Source: an uncultured Clostridia bacterium
Lineage (GTDB): Bacteria > Bacillota > Clostridia > Christensenellales > UBA1242
Reading direction: 5' to 3'
DNA length: 64,000 nucleotides
Assembly (NCBI GenBank): GCA_944362705.1
Contig: CALVTO010000002.1
Location: 12,818-76,817 of the forward strand
Part shown: positions 18,869 through 28,383 of the stretch, in pieces
How the letters are laid out: every line of letters begins with the position of its first letter
Numbering within the stretch: position 1 is the first letter of the stretch
Notes under the pieces: generated by a model
The model's database searches: none
Told to the model about the DNA's origin: nothing
The model's input: only the letters and a program-made list of their open reading frames with translations
Translations under genes and position numbers: made by a program

Positions 18869-21325
18869 TTAAAATAGATTTTTTACATAATATACATAAT
18901 CTTGATCTGCGCCAACACGAATCACGTTTGCATTGTCACTCGTTTCAAACGCGTTGGTGCCTGTAATCGCTTGCCATGTATACATTTCCCACTCTGGTTT
19001 CACTTCTGTTACTTTTACATAAATTGTCGTTAAACCAGATTGTGAAAGTATAGATTTTTGCGTTGCATTTTCACACAAAATGCGCTGTACGCCTTCAGTA
19101 AAAGCTCCTTGCCCTACTTCCTGCAATTTTGAAGAAAAACATACAATTTCAAGTGCTGAACAGCCAGAAAAGGCACCACTTCCAATAATGACAGCATTTG
19201 CAAAATCGTAAACAAGTGTACCAGAAAAGCCCGCAAAAACAGAGGACCCTATTTCTTCAACAGAATTCGGTAAAACTACATGAATACCCTTATCTTTTAA
19301 AGCATTGCTTTCGCCCGTATCTACCACTTTACGAACGCCAGAATTTAACGTGATTGTAACAGAATTATTGGTTAAACCTGCAAGAAAGCCTGCTATGTTT
19401 TTCACATCGAAATCTGTTTTTATCGAACTTTCCACAAAAAGATCAAAGCCTGTGCTTGTTTTTACATCTAAATCATCAAGCATAGTGAACGTATTGATTG
19501 TTAAAGTAGCTAAATCTACGCTATAAAACGCCCCTTCATTCATCACAACACCGCTATTTTGTGCTAAGTTTATGTGCATATCATTTAACCCTTCACATTG
19601 CGCAAACGCATACGCCCCTACCGTGGTTAATCCTGGAATAGTTAACTCTGTTAAATTATTTATTTCTTGATAGTAAAATTTAGCATTTACGCAACCAGCA
19701 AAAGCGGCATCACCTACGCTAGCAAACGCATTGTTAAAAACAACACTTGTTAAATTTTCCATGCCAACAAACGCCATTTCATCAGCCACTTTTTTCCCAA
19801 AGGCATTCGCACCTAACGTTGCGAACTGCTCACCAAATATCACTGTGTGCAATTTCACAGTTGAGTCAGTTGATGTAAACAATGTTTCAAACGTAGCAAC
19901 GTCATTGCTTGCGTCAGTTAATCCTAAAATATTTTCTCCAAAAATTAAAACGTTTGCTTGTTTTAAGATAGGCGCAACAGAAGCAATATACCCCGAAGAC
20001 AACATTTGTTGCGAAGGCGCATAGAGTTCTAAATTTTCTACCACAATATCTTCTTGCATTTTGCCTTCTACAACGCTTATTGTTATAGGCAACACAATGC
20101 AACTATAGTTGTTTTGAATGCAAGAAATATCAATGCCCGTGTATGTACTTGCAATATATATTTCATTCACCCCTTGCACTACAGGCAACGTTGTTAAAGT
20201 TTGCTCGCCACGAATATGCAAAACATTGATATGCGCGTGCGATGTAAACTCTACATCTGTCATCATTGGGTTGTAATTAAACTCTTCTATTTGTTCTACG
20301 TTATTTAAACCAAATGCACTTGCTTCCACTTTTTTTACAGAATCATCTACGTAAACACTTTGCACTTCTGTCATCAGTCCGCCAATATTTAAACGAAAAA
20401 CGCCATCGTTATTTTCTGATGCAAAAATTTCTATAGTGTTAACCGTAGCGCTTGTAAGCGCGTTAAAGTTTAAACTGCCTGCATTTTGGCTTGTAGTATA
20501 AAATTTTAATGTATCTATGCTCGTTCCGTAAAAAGCCGAAAGACCTATACTTTCAATACAATCGGACATTTGAAAAGTAGAAATTTGCACGTTTTTAAAC
20601 GCCCCACTTTCAATATAACGAACATTTTGTAAAACAATGTTTTCAATAGTAAACGAATCTACACTTAAACTAGCAAACGCATTTTCATCAATACGTATAA
20701 TGTCTTCACCAACGAACAACGTTTGCAAGCGAGACACAGGCAACATTTGCAATAAAGTTTCCACCATTCCTTTTTCTAAAGTTGTAGCGGAAGTAGAGCC
20801 AATAATCGTTACGTTTTGCAAAGAAACAGCATCTTGTAAACAATTTTCTTTAAATGTAATGTTTGCTGGCAACGTTACGTTTTGTAACGAAGCGCACCCA
20901 GACAACACATCGGTTTCCAGCACAGTAACATTTTTCGGAATTCGTAAGGTTTGCAGGTTTTTTAAGCCTTTAAAAGCTCCTTTCCCAATGCTGGTTACAG
21001 AATCTGGTAGCGTAATAGAAACAATGTTTTGGTTAATATTGCTTACCGACGCACTAAAAGCATTTGCGCCTACACCTACTACAGTAATACCATCCATTTT
21101 TTCAGGTATAACAATTTCTGTATCATCACCTCGGTATTCCATGATGGTGTAAGTTTCTTCGCCGTTTACTTTTTTATAACGTAAAACATAATCGCCCAAT
21201 ACAACTTGTTTTTCTGTTGAATCTTTCAAAAAAACAACAGCAATAATTGGTGTTACAATAGCCGCCACAAACATAACAATTGTTAAAACAATTAACGTAA
21301 TTTCTCCTTTCTTTTTAAGTGCCAC
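18869..21325 (-). CDS. Membrane-anchored BspA-type LRR surface protein, 818 aa
   Basis: GTG start at 21325 with a GGGGGAG SD 6 nt upstream. The N-terminus MALKKKGEITLIVLTIVMFVAAIVTPIIAVVFL is a signal anchor, followed by LRR_5-like units (ITLPDSVTSIGKGAFKGLKNLQTLRIP...). The first roughly 120 aa are clearly paralogous to the giant protein's N-terminus (Y.(V/I).EY.G....(V/I).(V/I)P......V..(I/V)...AFS......N.NIVS(V/I).(I/L)P(E/D)S(I/V)TSIG..AF). Confidence 0.85.
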   Translation of the reverse strand: MALKKKGEITLIVLTIVMFVAAIVTPIIAVVFLKDSTEKQVVLGDYVLRYKKVNGEETYTIMEYRGDDTEIVIPEKMDGITVVGVGANAFSASVSNINQNIVSITLPDSVTSIGKGAFKGLKNLQTLRIPKNVTVLETDVLSGCASLQNVTLPANITFKENCLQDAVSLQNVTIIGSTSATTLEKGMVETLLQMLPVSRLQTLFVGEDIIRIDENAFASLSVDSFTIENIVLQNVRYIESGAFKNVQISTFQMSDCIESIGLSAFYGTSIDTLKFYTTSQNAGSLNFNALTSATVNTIEIFASENNDGVFRLNIGGLMTEVQSVYVDDSVKKVEASAFGLNNVEQIEEFNYNPMMTDVEFTSHAHINVLHIRGEQTLTTLPVVQGVNEIYIASTYTGIDISCIQNNYSCIVLPITISVVEGKMQEDIVVENLELYAPSQQMLSSGYIASVAPILKQANVLIFGENILGLTDASNDVATFETLFTSTDSTVKLHTVIFGEQFATLGANAFGKKVADEMAFVGMENLTSVVFNNAFASVGDAAFAGCVNAKFYYQEINNLTELTIPGLTTVGAYAFAQCEGLNDMHINLAQNSGVVMNEGAFYSVDLATLTINTFTMLDDLDVKTSTGFDLFVESSIKTDFDVKNIAGFLAGLTNNSVTITLNSGVRKVVDTGESNALKDKGIHVVLPNSVEEIGSSVFAGFSGTLVYDFANAVIIGSGAFSGCSALEIVCFSSKLQEVGQGAFTEGVQRILCENATQKSILSQSGLTTIYVKVTEVKPEWEMYTWQAITGTNAFETSDNANVIRVGADQDYVYYVKNLF

Positions 21326-21338
21326 AATTCACTCCCCC

Positions 21339-23300
21339 TTATCCTAAGTATGTATCGGCGACTTTATCTTGTTTATTAAAATTTGCATTCTCGCTAATAT
21401 ATCGTTTCCTAATTTCTACATTATCACCCATAAGTGTTGAAATTAATCTATCTGCCTCTGCGGCATCTTCAATGGTAACTTGCACAAGTGTACGTTCTTT
21501 AGGATCCATGGTTGTACTCCACAATTGTTCAGGGTTCATTTCTCCAAGCCCTTTATATCTTTGTAAAGCATATCCTCTACCCACACGCTCAATAACTTGC
21601 GGTAATTCAGCATCTGAATACACATATTCTACCACATCTCGTTTCGAAACTTTATACAAAGGCGGCAATCCAATAAACACGTGCCCATCCGTAATGAGTT
21701 CGCGCATATACCTAAAGAAAAATGTTAACAATATGGCACGAATATGCGCACCGTCTTGGTCGGCATCGGCTAAAATGATAACTTTGTTATATTTCAAATT
21801 GTTTAAATTAAAATCTTCACCAATACCCGCGCCCAAAGCCGAAATGATGGTTCTAATTTCTTCATTAAGTAGTACTTGGTCAATACGTTTTTTCTCGGCG
21901 TTTAAAGGCTTTCCTTTTAACGGTAAAATTGCCTGAAAAGAACGGTCTCTGCCTTGTTTAGCTGAACCACCCGCGGAATCACCCTCAACAATAAACAATT
22001 CGTTATTTTTTACGTTTTTCCCCGTGCAGGCCGCTAATTTACCAACCAATGTTGAGTTTTCTATACTGTTTTTCTGACGTGCAATTTCTTTTGCTTTTCT
22101 ACTAGCTTCGCGCACTTTTGCCGCAGCCATAGCTTTATCAATAATGGCAGAAACTGTTTTACCGTTGCCCCTACCACTCACAAGTTCGGCTAATTTTTCC
22201 ACTACAACGCTTTCAACCGCAACCTTTGCTTCGGGGTTTCCTAATTTTGTTTTTGTTTGTCCTTCAAACTGTACGTTTTTCATTTTTATAGCTAAAACAG
22301 CGGTTAAACCTTCTCGAAAATCTTCTCCCATTAGGTTTGCATCTTTGTCTTTTAAATTGCCATTTTTTCTCGCTGCATCGTTAAAAACTCTTGTTATTGC
22401 CGATTTAAAACCTACTTCGTGCGTACCACCCTCGGTAGTAGGGATATTATTTACATAGGAAAAAACACTATCGGTATACCCGTCGGTATACTGTAATGCC
22501 ATAGCAACAACCACGCCGTCTTTTACCCCCTCAATATACAAAGGGTCTGCAAACAATGTGTTTTTACCTTCGTTTAGGTAGCGAACAAAATCAACAATAC
22601 CGCCGTCGTATTTATACGTTGTTTCAAAAATACCTTGCTCAGTTTTTACATTTTCGTCAATAAAGTTGATTTCAACACCTTTATTTAAAAACGCCAATTC
22701 TTTTAATCTTTTCGCCACAACTTCATGGTCGAATACAGTTGTTTCAAAAATAGTTTTATCTGGCAAAAATCTTACAAGTGTTCCCGAAGCATCTGTTTCT
22801 CCTAAACATTCTAACGGCCCCTCGGGAATTCCCCCGCGAACTTTACCCGAAGGTTCTATTACCTTAGAAAAGTTTTGCGCATATCGTTTGCCGTCTTTAC
22901 AAACCTCTACACTTAGCCAATCGGAAAGAGCATTTACAACACTTGCACCCACACCATGCAACCCACCTGAATAGGCATAGTTGTCATTATTGAATTTACC
23001 ACCAGCATGAAGTTGTGTAAACACAACCTCAACACCGCTAACCTTTAACGTAGGGTGCTCGTCTACAGGAATACCCCTACCATTATCTTGCACCGAACAA
23101 GAACCATCATCGTGTAGCGTTACAGTAATTTTATCACAATTTTTGTTAGCAGCTTCATCAATCGCATTATCCACAATTTCCCATATTAAATGATGAAGCC
23201 CCTTAGGCCCTGTTGTACCAATATACATACCAGGTCTTAAGCGAACAGCATCAAGACCTTCTAAAACTTCTATATCTTTTGCGTTATAACTTTTCGACAT
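21339..23300 (-). CDS. Type IIA DNA topoisomerase subunit B (GyrB/ParE family), 653 aa
   Basis: MSKSYNAKDIEVLEGLDAVRLRPGMYIG...HHLIWEIVDNAIDE...GGLHGVGASVVNALS...EGDSAGGSAKQGRDR..QAILPLKGK.LN...IIILADADQDGAHI. These are the GHKL ATPase and Toprim motifs. I take the start at ATG 23300 (AGGAAG SD); the track's TTG at 23327 lies inside the -10 box. Confidence 0.93.
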   Translation of the reverse strand: MSKSYNAKDIEVLEGLDAVRLRPGMYIGTTGPKGLHHLIWEIVDNAIDEAANKNCDKITVTLHDDGSCSVQDNGRGIPVDEHPTLKVSGVEVVFTQLHAGGKFNNDNYAYSGGLHGVGASVVNALSDWLSVEVCKDGKRYAQNFSKVIEPSGKVRGGIPEGPLECLGETDASGTLVRFLPDKTIFETTVFDHEVVAKRLKELAFLNKGVEINFIDENVKTEQGIFETTYKYDGGIVDFVRYLNEGKNTLFADPLYIEGVKDGVVVAMALQYTDGYTDSVFSYVNNIPTTEGGTHEVGFKSAITRVFNDAARKNGNLKDKDANLMGEDFREGLTAVLAIKMKNVQFEGQTKTKLGNPEAKVAVESVVVEKLAELVSGRGNGKTVSAIIDKAMAAAKVREASRKAKEIARQKNSIENSTLVGKLAACTGKNVKNNELFIVEGDSAGGSAKQGRDRSFQAILPLKGKPLNAEKKRIDQVLLNEEIRTIISALGAGIGEDFNLNNLKYNKVIILADADQDGAHIRAILLTFFFRYMRELITDGHVFIGLPPLYKVSKRDVVEYVYSDAELPQVIERVGRGYALQRYKGLGEMNPEQLWSTTMDPKERTLVQVTIEDAAEADRLISTLMGDNVEIRKRYISENANFNKQDKVADTYLG

Positions 23301-23326
23301 ACTTACACACTCTTCCTTGTAAGGCA

Positions 23327-23355
23327 ATTATATCAAATCATAAATTCGTTGGCAA
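23327..23355 (-). promoter_or_regulatory. Putative promoter of the subunit-B / 818-aa-LRR operon
   Basis: The minus strand reads TTGCCA (23355-23350), 17 nt, TATAAT (23332-23327), with a TGA extended -10. Confidence 0.6.
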
Positions 23356-23704
23356 ATAAATATACTAAAAATATATGGAAAAACATATCCGCAAAGCACG
23401 TAAATGTAAAGTGTACACGAAATAGTATCGGCAACAAATACCACATAAAAAACATTGCTTTTATAAATAACTTCTCATAACACATATACAATGCAAAAGT
23501 TACACACACTAAACATATACACAAAAACTTGTGTTGGCATGAACCACAACTAGAAACAACTATTTTTGTAAAGCAAACTACACTAGCACAAAAAACAACT
23601 ATAAAAATATGCATTTTTTTATAAAACCTTTGCAAAAATAATGCAAAATTGCGCAAAACATATAGAAAAAAGCAAAAAACAAAACATAAAATAAGGAGAT
23701 AATT

Positions 23705-24808
23705 ATGAACATTGTACTTACTGGAGGCGGCACCGCAGGGCACGTTACACCGAATATCACATTATTACCCGAACTAAAAAAACATTTTAAAAGAATTGAT
23801 TATATAGGCAGTAAAACAGGTATAGAAAAACAACTTATTCAAAAAGAAAATATACCTTACCATGAAATAACAACAACAAAATTTGTACGAAAAAATATTT
23901 TTAAAAATTTTTGTATTCCCTTTTTACTATGGAAAGGTTATAAAGAAGCCAAAAAAGTATTGTCTGCTATTAAACCAAATATTGTTTTTTCAAAAGGCGG
24001 ATATGTTTCAGTACCCGTTGTTCTTGCAGCAAAAAAACTACATATACCCATTATTATTCACGAAAGCGACTTAACTATGGGGCTTGCAAATAAAATATCA
24101 AGCAAATATGCAACCCGCGTTTGTACTACCTTCCCAGAAACCGCAAAACACATGAAACACAACAAAGGCGTATATACAGGAGTTCCCATACCCAAGCACA
24201 CTCAAACACAGCAAAATTTTGCAAATTTGGCGAAAAACGATGAAAAATTATATCATTTTTTGCGCAAATTGCAAAAAAACAAACCTATTTTACTTATTAC
24301 AGGCGGAAGTTTAGGTGCACAATTTATTAATGAGCAGTTTGAAAAAGAAGCAACAAATCTTTTAAGCAAATACTACGTCGTTCACATTACAGGGAAAAAT
24401 CATCAAACAAAAATATCTCATCAAAATTACTTTCAAACAGAATTTACTTACATAATGCCGTACTGCATGCAACAAGCAGATTTTGTTATTTCTCGCGCAG
24501 GTAGTAATTCTATTTTTGAACTTGCATCTATGCAAAAACCTATGTTGTTAATTCCTTTACCCAAAGGCAACTCCCGCGGCGACCAAGTAGACAACGCAAA
24601 ATATTTTGCTAAAAACAACTGGGCTTACTCATGCACACAAAGCGAATTAACAACAGGCACCGCAACCTTACAACAACGTCTTGCATTACTTGAAAAAAAT
24701 AAAGTTACGTTGCAAGAAAATTTGAAAAAAGCCAAATTTGAAAACGGAACGCACAAGATTATACAACTTCTTTTAACATATGCAAATAATGTAAAAGACA
24801 AGCTTTAA
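23705..24808 (+). CDS. murG: UDP-N-acetylglucosamine--N-acetylmuramyl-(pentapeptide) pyrophosphoryl-undecaprenol GlcNAc transferase
   Basis: MNIVLTGGGTAGHVTPN..., GGYVSVPVVLAAKKLHIPIIIHESDLTMGLANK, a C-terminal GGSLGA glycosyltransferase motif, and an AAGGAG SD upstream. Confidence 0.9.
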   Translation: MNIVLTGGGTAGHVTPNITLLPELKKHFKRIDYIGSKTGIEKQLIQKENIPYHEITTTKFVRKNIFKNFCIPFLLWKGYKEAKKVLSAIKPNIVFSKGGYVSVPVVLAAKKLHIPIIIHESDLTMGLANKISSKYATRVCTTFPETAKHMKHNKGVYTGVPIPKHTQTQQNFANLAKNDEKLYHFLRKLQKNKPILLITGGSLGAQFINEQFEKEATNLLSKYYVVHITGKNHQTKISHQNYFQTEFTYIMPYCMQQADFVISRAGSNSIFELASMQKPMLLIPLPKGNSRGDQVDNAKYFAKNNWAYSCTQSELTTGTATLQQRLALLEKNKVTLQENLKKAKFENGTHKIIQLLLTYANNVKDKL

Positions 24809-24821
24809 AAGCTTGTCTTTT
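24794..24821 (+). terminator. Hairpin at the murG stop codon (possible terminator with a weak U-tract)
   Basis: A perfect 12-bp stem, AAAGACAAGCTT/AAGCTTGTCTTT, whose 3-nt loop (TAA, 24806-24808) is the murG stop codon. Confidence 0.45.
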
Positions 24822-24955
24822 ACATAAATTCATTACGCCAGAAACTTAACCCATTTTATATACTCTAAAAAAACAACATTTATTTACGGAAAAATGTACA
24901 AACGCCAAACTGTATGTGCTTGTTGTTTTCTTTTCGTGCAAAACAAATAAAACCA

Positions 24956-25321
24956 TTATTCTTTATTGTTTTGCGCTACAGCCTCTATCTCTTCCTTACT
25001 TAAAAATCCAGCGACATTTTCTGCAGGAAGCACCATTACGCAACCGTTTGCCGGCCCTACAACATCTACCACTTCATAAATGGAACGCACAACCGGTAAT
25101 ACAATTTCGTCTTTTACCAACATCATAACAATCTCACGTGAGCGATGCACACGAAAGCCTAAAAACGTTCGCTCATTCTCTTCAAATGATTTACCGCCTA
25201 ATATTACCGCACCTTTACTACCGGCTTTTTTTGCGGCCTCTATAACTTCTCCAGCATACCCTTCATTTACAACCGACATAATAAGTTTATAAGATTCTTC
25301 TAATAAAATATCTTTTCCCAT
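24956..25321 (-). CDS. P-II (GlnB)-like small signalling-fold protein
   Basis: About 121 aa, and the last gene of the DUF1538 unit. The start is taken at the second ATG, 6 nt after the AAGGAG SD. This is a fold-level call based on size, sequence character (..IMSVVNEGYAGEVIEAAKKAGSKGAVILGGKS...EIVMMLV) and the known genomic association of P-II-like genes with DUF1538. Confidence 0.65.
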   Translation of the reverse strand: MGKDILLEESYKLIMSVVNEGYAGEVIEAAKKAGSKGAVILGGKSFEENERTFLGFRVHRSREIVMMLVKDEIVLPVVRSIYEVVDVVGPANGCVMVLPAENVAGFLSKEEIEAVAQNNKE

Positions 25322-25339
25322 ATACATCTCCTTATTTAC

Positions 25340-25708
25340 TTATATAAACAACGCTTTATTACCCATATATCCAAGCACAGGTATAGAAAACGCCTTACCA
25401 TTGCCAGGTTCATCAAAACAAAATTCCATAGAAATGGCCGCAATTGTATTTTTTACATCTTCCTGCCTTACGTTGCAAACAATGCAAGAAAAAGCATATG
25501 ATTCCGGACGCAACATTTCATTAACCGCATTACGAGCAACACCTTTCGCTTCATGTATGGATAAAACCCTTCCACCTAGTTCAAGTACACGCTCGCGAAC
25601 CTGCCGTTCGCACTCTTTTTTGCAAATAATAAAAGCAATATGTAAGTACTCTATTTCTTTTAGCTTGTATTTTTTTGATACAAATTTTTCTTTATTTACT
25701 TTACCCAT
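25340..25708 (-). CDS. Second, more divergent P-II-like small protein
   Basis: About 122 aa, lying between the DUF1538 gene and the other P-II-like gene. Start at ATG 25708 with GAGG 8 nt upstream. The assignment rests on size and context only. Confidence 0.55.
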   Translation of the reverse strand: MGKVNKEKFVSKKYKLKEIEYLHIAFIICKKECERQVRERVLELGGRVLSIHEAKGVARNAVNEMLRPESYAFSCIVCNVRQEDVKNTIAAISMEFCFDEPGNGKAFSIPVLGYMGNKALFI

Positions 25709-25736
25709 ACACAACCTCAATTTATTTTTATAGAAA

Positions 25737-27257
25737 TTACCTATACATTTGTTCTTGTTTTTTACGCTTTAATTTTCTATGCGCATATTCCAAATCTTCC
25801 ATATTTGAATACTGCACAGCACTCATCGCGCCTTTATATACAGTTTTTCTTTTCACAATATTTGCATTTTCAACTCGCACTTTGTATACACACCCTAACA
25901 CTTCAACAACCAAAATAGGCATCATGCCAATAAGCGCTAAAACACCAAAACCTGAAGACGACGCACCAGAGGTTATGCTAGAAACGCCTAACATAAGTGG
26001 TAATAAAAACGAAGCACACATGGGCCCAGACGCAACACCGCCTGCATCAAAAGCAATACCAACAAAAATTTCAGAATCTATAAACATAAATAAAATGATA
26101 AAAGCATAGCCCGCCAACAGCACCCACAATATAGGCACTGCATACACATTGAATATGTAACAAAGAATAACCGACAACGCCACAGATGCGGCCACAGCGC
26201 ATACAACAATGCGGGATTTTATATTTCCCTTAGTAACACGCTCAACTTGCTTGCCAAGAATTCGAACTCCCGGCTCTGTAAAAGCAATACATAAACCAAG
26301 CACGCCACATAAAACAACAGAAAACCAATTTGGCATAGACGTTAAGTAAACACCAAATTTTCTACCAATTTCAATTAAGCCAATATTTATACCATATAAA
26401 AACAAAAATAATCCAACAAATGTTAACAACCCACCTAAAAGCAACTTAGCAACTTGACGTTTAGGAAGTTTTATAAACAACGCTTCAAAAACAAAGAAAA
26501 TTATAAAAATAGGAACTATTGCAAGCGAAGTGTCTACCAAAGCGTCTATCACAATGGAATATTGGCTTTCAGCATTTGCCTGTCCGCCCTGTATTTGATA
26601 GAACAACGATAGTATTAACATAACAATAACAGGACACAAAGTAACAATGCCCAACATACCAAAAGAATTGGAAGATGTTTTTGAAGATTTGTTTTTCGCA
26701 ACACCAGACGCTAAAGCAATAAGAAACGGCGCCGTTACTATACCTGCGGTTGCGCCACCTGCATCGAACGCAATAGCCACCAAAGAATTAGGAACACAAA
26801 ATGCCAAAATAAACACACAGCCAAGTAAACACAAAACAATCCACTTCATATTCCAACCAACAGCAATTTTCAGCAACGCTAACGCAACACCAACGCCAAC
26901 ACCCGCCCCAGCAACAAATAAAAACACCCATTTAGAAACATTTACCTGACCACTTAAAACTTGCACATCAGGCTCTGCAATGGTGGCAAAAAAACCAAAG
27001 AAAAACCCAAAGATAAGTAGAATAAAGAACCGCCTTAATTTATCAGAAGCGTCGCCAACATAATTTCCCATAGGCATAATTGACGTATCAACCCCTGTTA
27101 AAAACAACAACTCTCCAACAAACAATAAAACAATTCCAAGTAAAAACTTTACATAGGTTTCCGTAGTGAAAGAATAAGAAAAAAAGTGCACACATGTAAC
27201 AATGAGCACAATAGGAAATAATGCGAAAAAAGTTGTCTTTAATCTTTCTTTCAACAC
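25737..27257 (-). CDS. Polytopic membrane protein with two DUF1538 domains (fused form), 506 aa
   Basis: A duplicated signature, AFDAGGATAGIVTAPFLIALASGVA and AFDAGGVASGPMCASFLLPLMLGVS. It is very hydrophobic throughout. An AGGAGG SD lies upstream of the GTG/TTG start. Confidence 0.8.
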   Translation of the reverse strand: MLKERLKTTFFALFPIVLIVTCVHFFSYSFTTETYVKFLLGIVLLFVGELLFLTGVDTSIMPMGNYVGDASDKLRRFFILLIFGFFFGFFATIAEPDVQVLSGQVNVSKWVFLFVAGAGVGVGVALALLKIAVGWNMKWIVLCLLGCVFILAFCVPNSLVAIAFDAGGATAGIVTAPFLIALASGVAKNKSSKTSSNSFGMLGIVTLCPVIVMLILSLFYQIQGGQANAESQYSIVIDALVDTSLAIVPIFIIFFVFEALFIKLPKRQVAKLLLGGLLTFVGLFLFLYGINIGLIEIGRKFGVYLTSMPNWFSVVLCGVLGLCIAFTEPGVRILGKQVERVTKGNIKSRIVVCAVAASVALSVILCYIFNVYAVPILWVLLAGYAFIILFMFIDSEIFVGIAFDAGGVASGPMCASFLLPLMLGVSSITSGASSSGFGVLALIGMMPILVVEVLGCVYKVRVENANIVKRKTVYKGAMSAVQYSNMEDLEYAHRKLKRKKQEQMYR

Positions 27258-27422
27258 AAACCTCCTAAAAACAAATCATTCTTCACAATCACGTTTCACA
27301 AACTTTTCCTTACAACGAAAGAAAAATGATAAACTTCTGTAAAAATCAAAACAAAAAAAGCATGATGCAAACATTATAGTAATAAAAATTTATCAATAAT
27401 AAGCAATAATGTAAAAAGAAAT

Positions 27423-27941
27423 TTATTCCTCACCTTCTCCTTCTTCGTCTTCATCTTCATTTTCAACAGCGCTACGTTTTGCCAACCATTCTTGCAACCA
27501 TTTTTTATGCACTTCTCGAGCGTCTATAACACTTTCACCTTTTTCCGTTTTTTTATTTTGTACCATCGAAACATCACTTGAAGGCTTATTTTGTGCAATA
27601 GAAACAAAAGAAGGTTTATCCTTAAATTCACTCTCCCCAGCTTGTTCATTACTCTTTGACTGTTCACTTTCAGCGGAACTTTTTACCCGTGGTGAAGTTT
27701 TTAATAACAACGAATCATTTTGAACATTTTCAACTCTGTTCTTTTCAACAGGTTCTATTATAGGCACGCTAGCACCATCAGGCTGAAGCATCGCCAGATC
27801 TTCAGTTTCGTTAGCGTTTACTAGTGTAGGTTGAACGGAAAGCGTGTCATCTTGTATTTGCGCGTTTTTTACTTCTTCTAAAAATTCTTTTTCCGCTCTT
27901 TTGTAAGCAAAATTATGAAACAATTTTTTTAATAAACCCAT
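27423..27941 (-). CDS. Hypothetical protein with an N-terminal amphipathic helix, a low-complexity middle and a polyacidic tail
   Basis: MGLLKKLFHNF... at the start and ...ENEDEDEEGEGEE at the end. A GGGG SD lies 7 nt upstream and the gene has its own consensus promoter. I recognise no family motif. Confidence 0.5.
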   Translation of the reverse strand: MGLLKKLFHNFAYKRAEKEFLEEVKNAQIQDDTLSVQPTLVNANETEDLAMLQPDGASVPIIEPVEKNRVENVQNDSLLLKTSPRVKSSAESEQSKSNEQAGESEFKDKPSFVSIAQNKPSSDVSMVQNKKTEKGESVIDAREVHKKWLQEWLAKRSAVENEDEDEEGEGEE

Positions 27942-27970
27942 ACAAATTACCCCATGTAAATATTACTATT

Positions 27971-27999
27971 ATTATAAAACAATCTAGCATCTTAAGCAA
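27971..27999 (-). promoter_or_regulatory. Putative promoter of the 172-aa gene
   Basis: The minus strand reads TTGCTT (27999-27994), 17 nt, TATAAT (27976-27971). Confidence 0.55.
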
Positions 28000-28324
28000 A
28001 CAATTCGTTAAAAATTTAAATTTAAAAAACAATCTTAAAACAAACAACAAAAACAAATACTCAAAAAAGCAAATAATGGTATAAATTTAATAAAAAAATT
28101 GAAAAAAACAAACATTTTGCAAAAATAAAAAAAAATACAAATTAAACAATGTATACATAACGCACTATAAGAAAATTAAAAATATGTATTTTATCAAAAA
28201 ACACTTATTTTTTCCGTTTTTGTATGTGTTTTTTTAGTTTTCAAAACACTTTTTAACAATATTAACAACTATTTTGCAATTTTTATAAATATTGTTATTT
28301 TAATAACTTGGCAAAAATTTTTAT

Positions 28325-28342
28325 TTAGAACAAATGTTCTAA
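28325..28342 (+). promoter_or_regulatory. Perfect 8-2-8 palindrome just upstream of the -35 box of the WYL regulator gene (candidate autoregulatory operator)
   Basis: TTAGAACA-AA-TGTTCTAA. Confidence 0.35.
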
Positions 28343-28348
28343 TATTTC

Positions 28349-28377
28349 TTGCGTTTATTTTTTATTTATGGTATAGT
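28349..28377 (+). promoter_or_regulatory. Putative promoter of the WYL regulator gene; geometry predicts a leaderless mRNA
   Basis: TTGCGT (28349-28354), 17 nt, TGG-TATAGT (28372-28377), then 6 nt (AGATTT), then ATG 28384. There is no SD sequence. Confidence 0.5.
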
Positions 28378-28383
28378 AGATTT

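Noticed and set aside
1-23355. A gyrB/gyrA-like context as a hint of the replication origin.
   Set aside because: There is no dnaA, dnaN or recF nearby, and I saw no cluster of TTATCCACA-type boxes. The subunit A motifs look at least as ParC-like as GyrA-like.
23333-23743. A 136-aa minus-strand ORF filling the topoisomerase-B / murG intergenic region.
   Set aside because: The translation is Cys/Phe-rich and low-complexity. It overlaps the murG start and the predicted subunit-B promoter, and it has no SD. I treat it as a non-coding divergent promoter region.
27258-27422. The 165-nt leader upstream of the DUF1538 gene, considered as a possible riboswitch or attenuator (small hairpin GCATCATGC followed by T7).
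   Set aside because: The stem is only 4 bp, I recognise no conserved riboswitch core, and the promoter assignment is weak. There is not enough evidence to call a feature.
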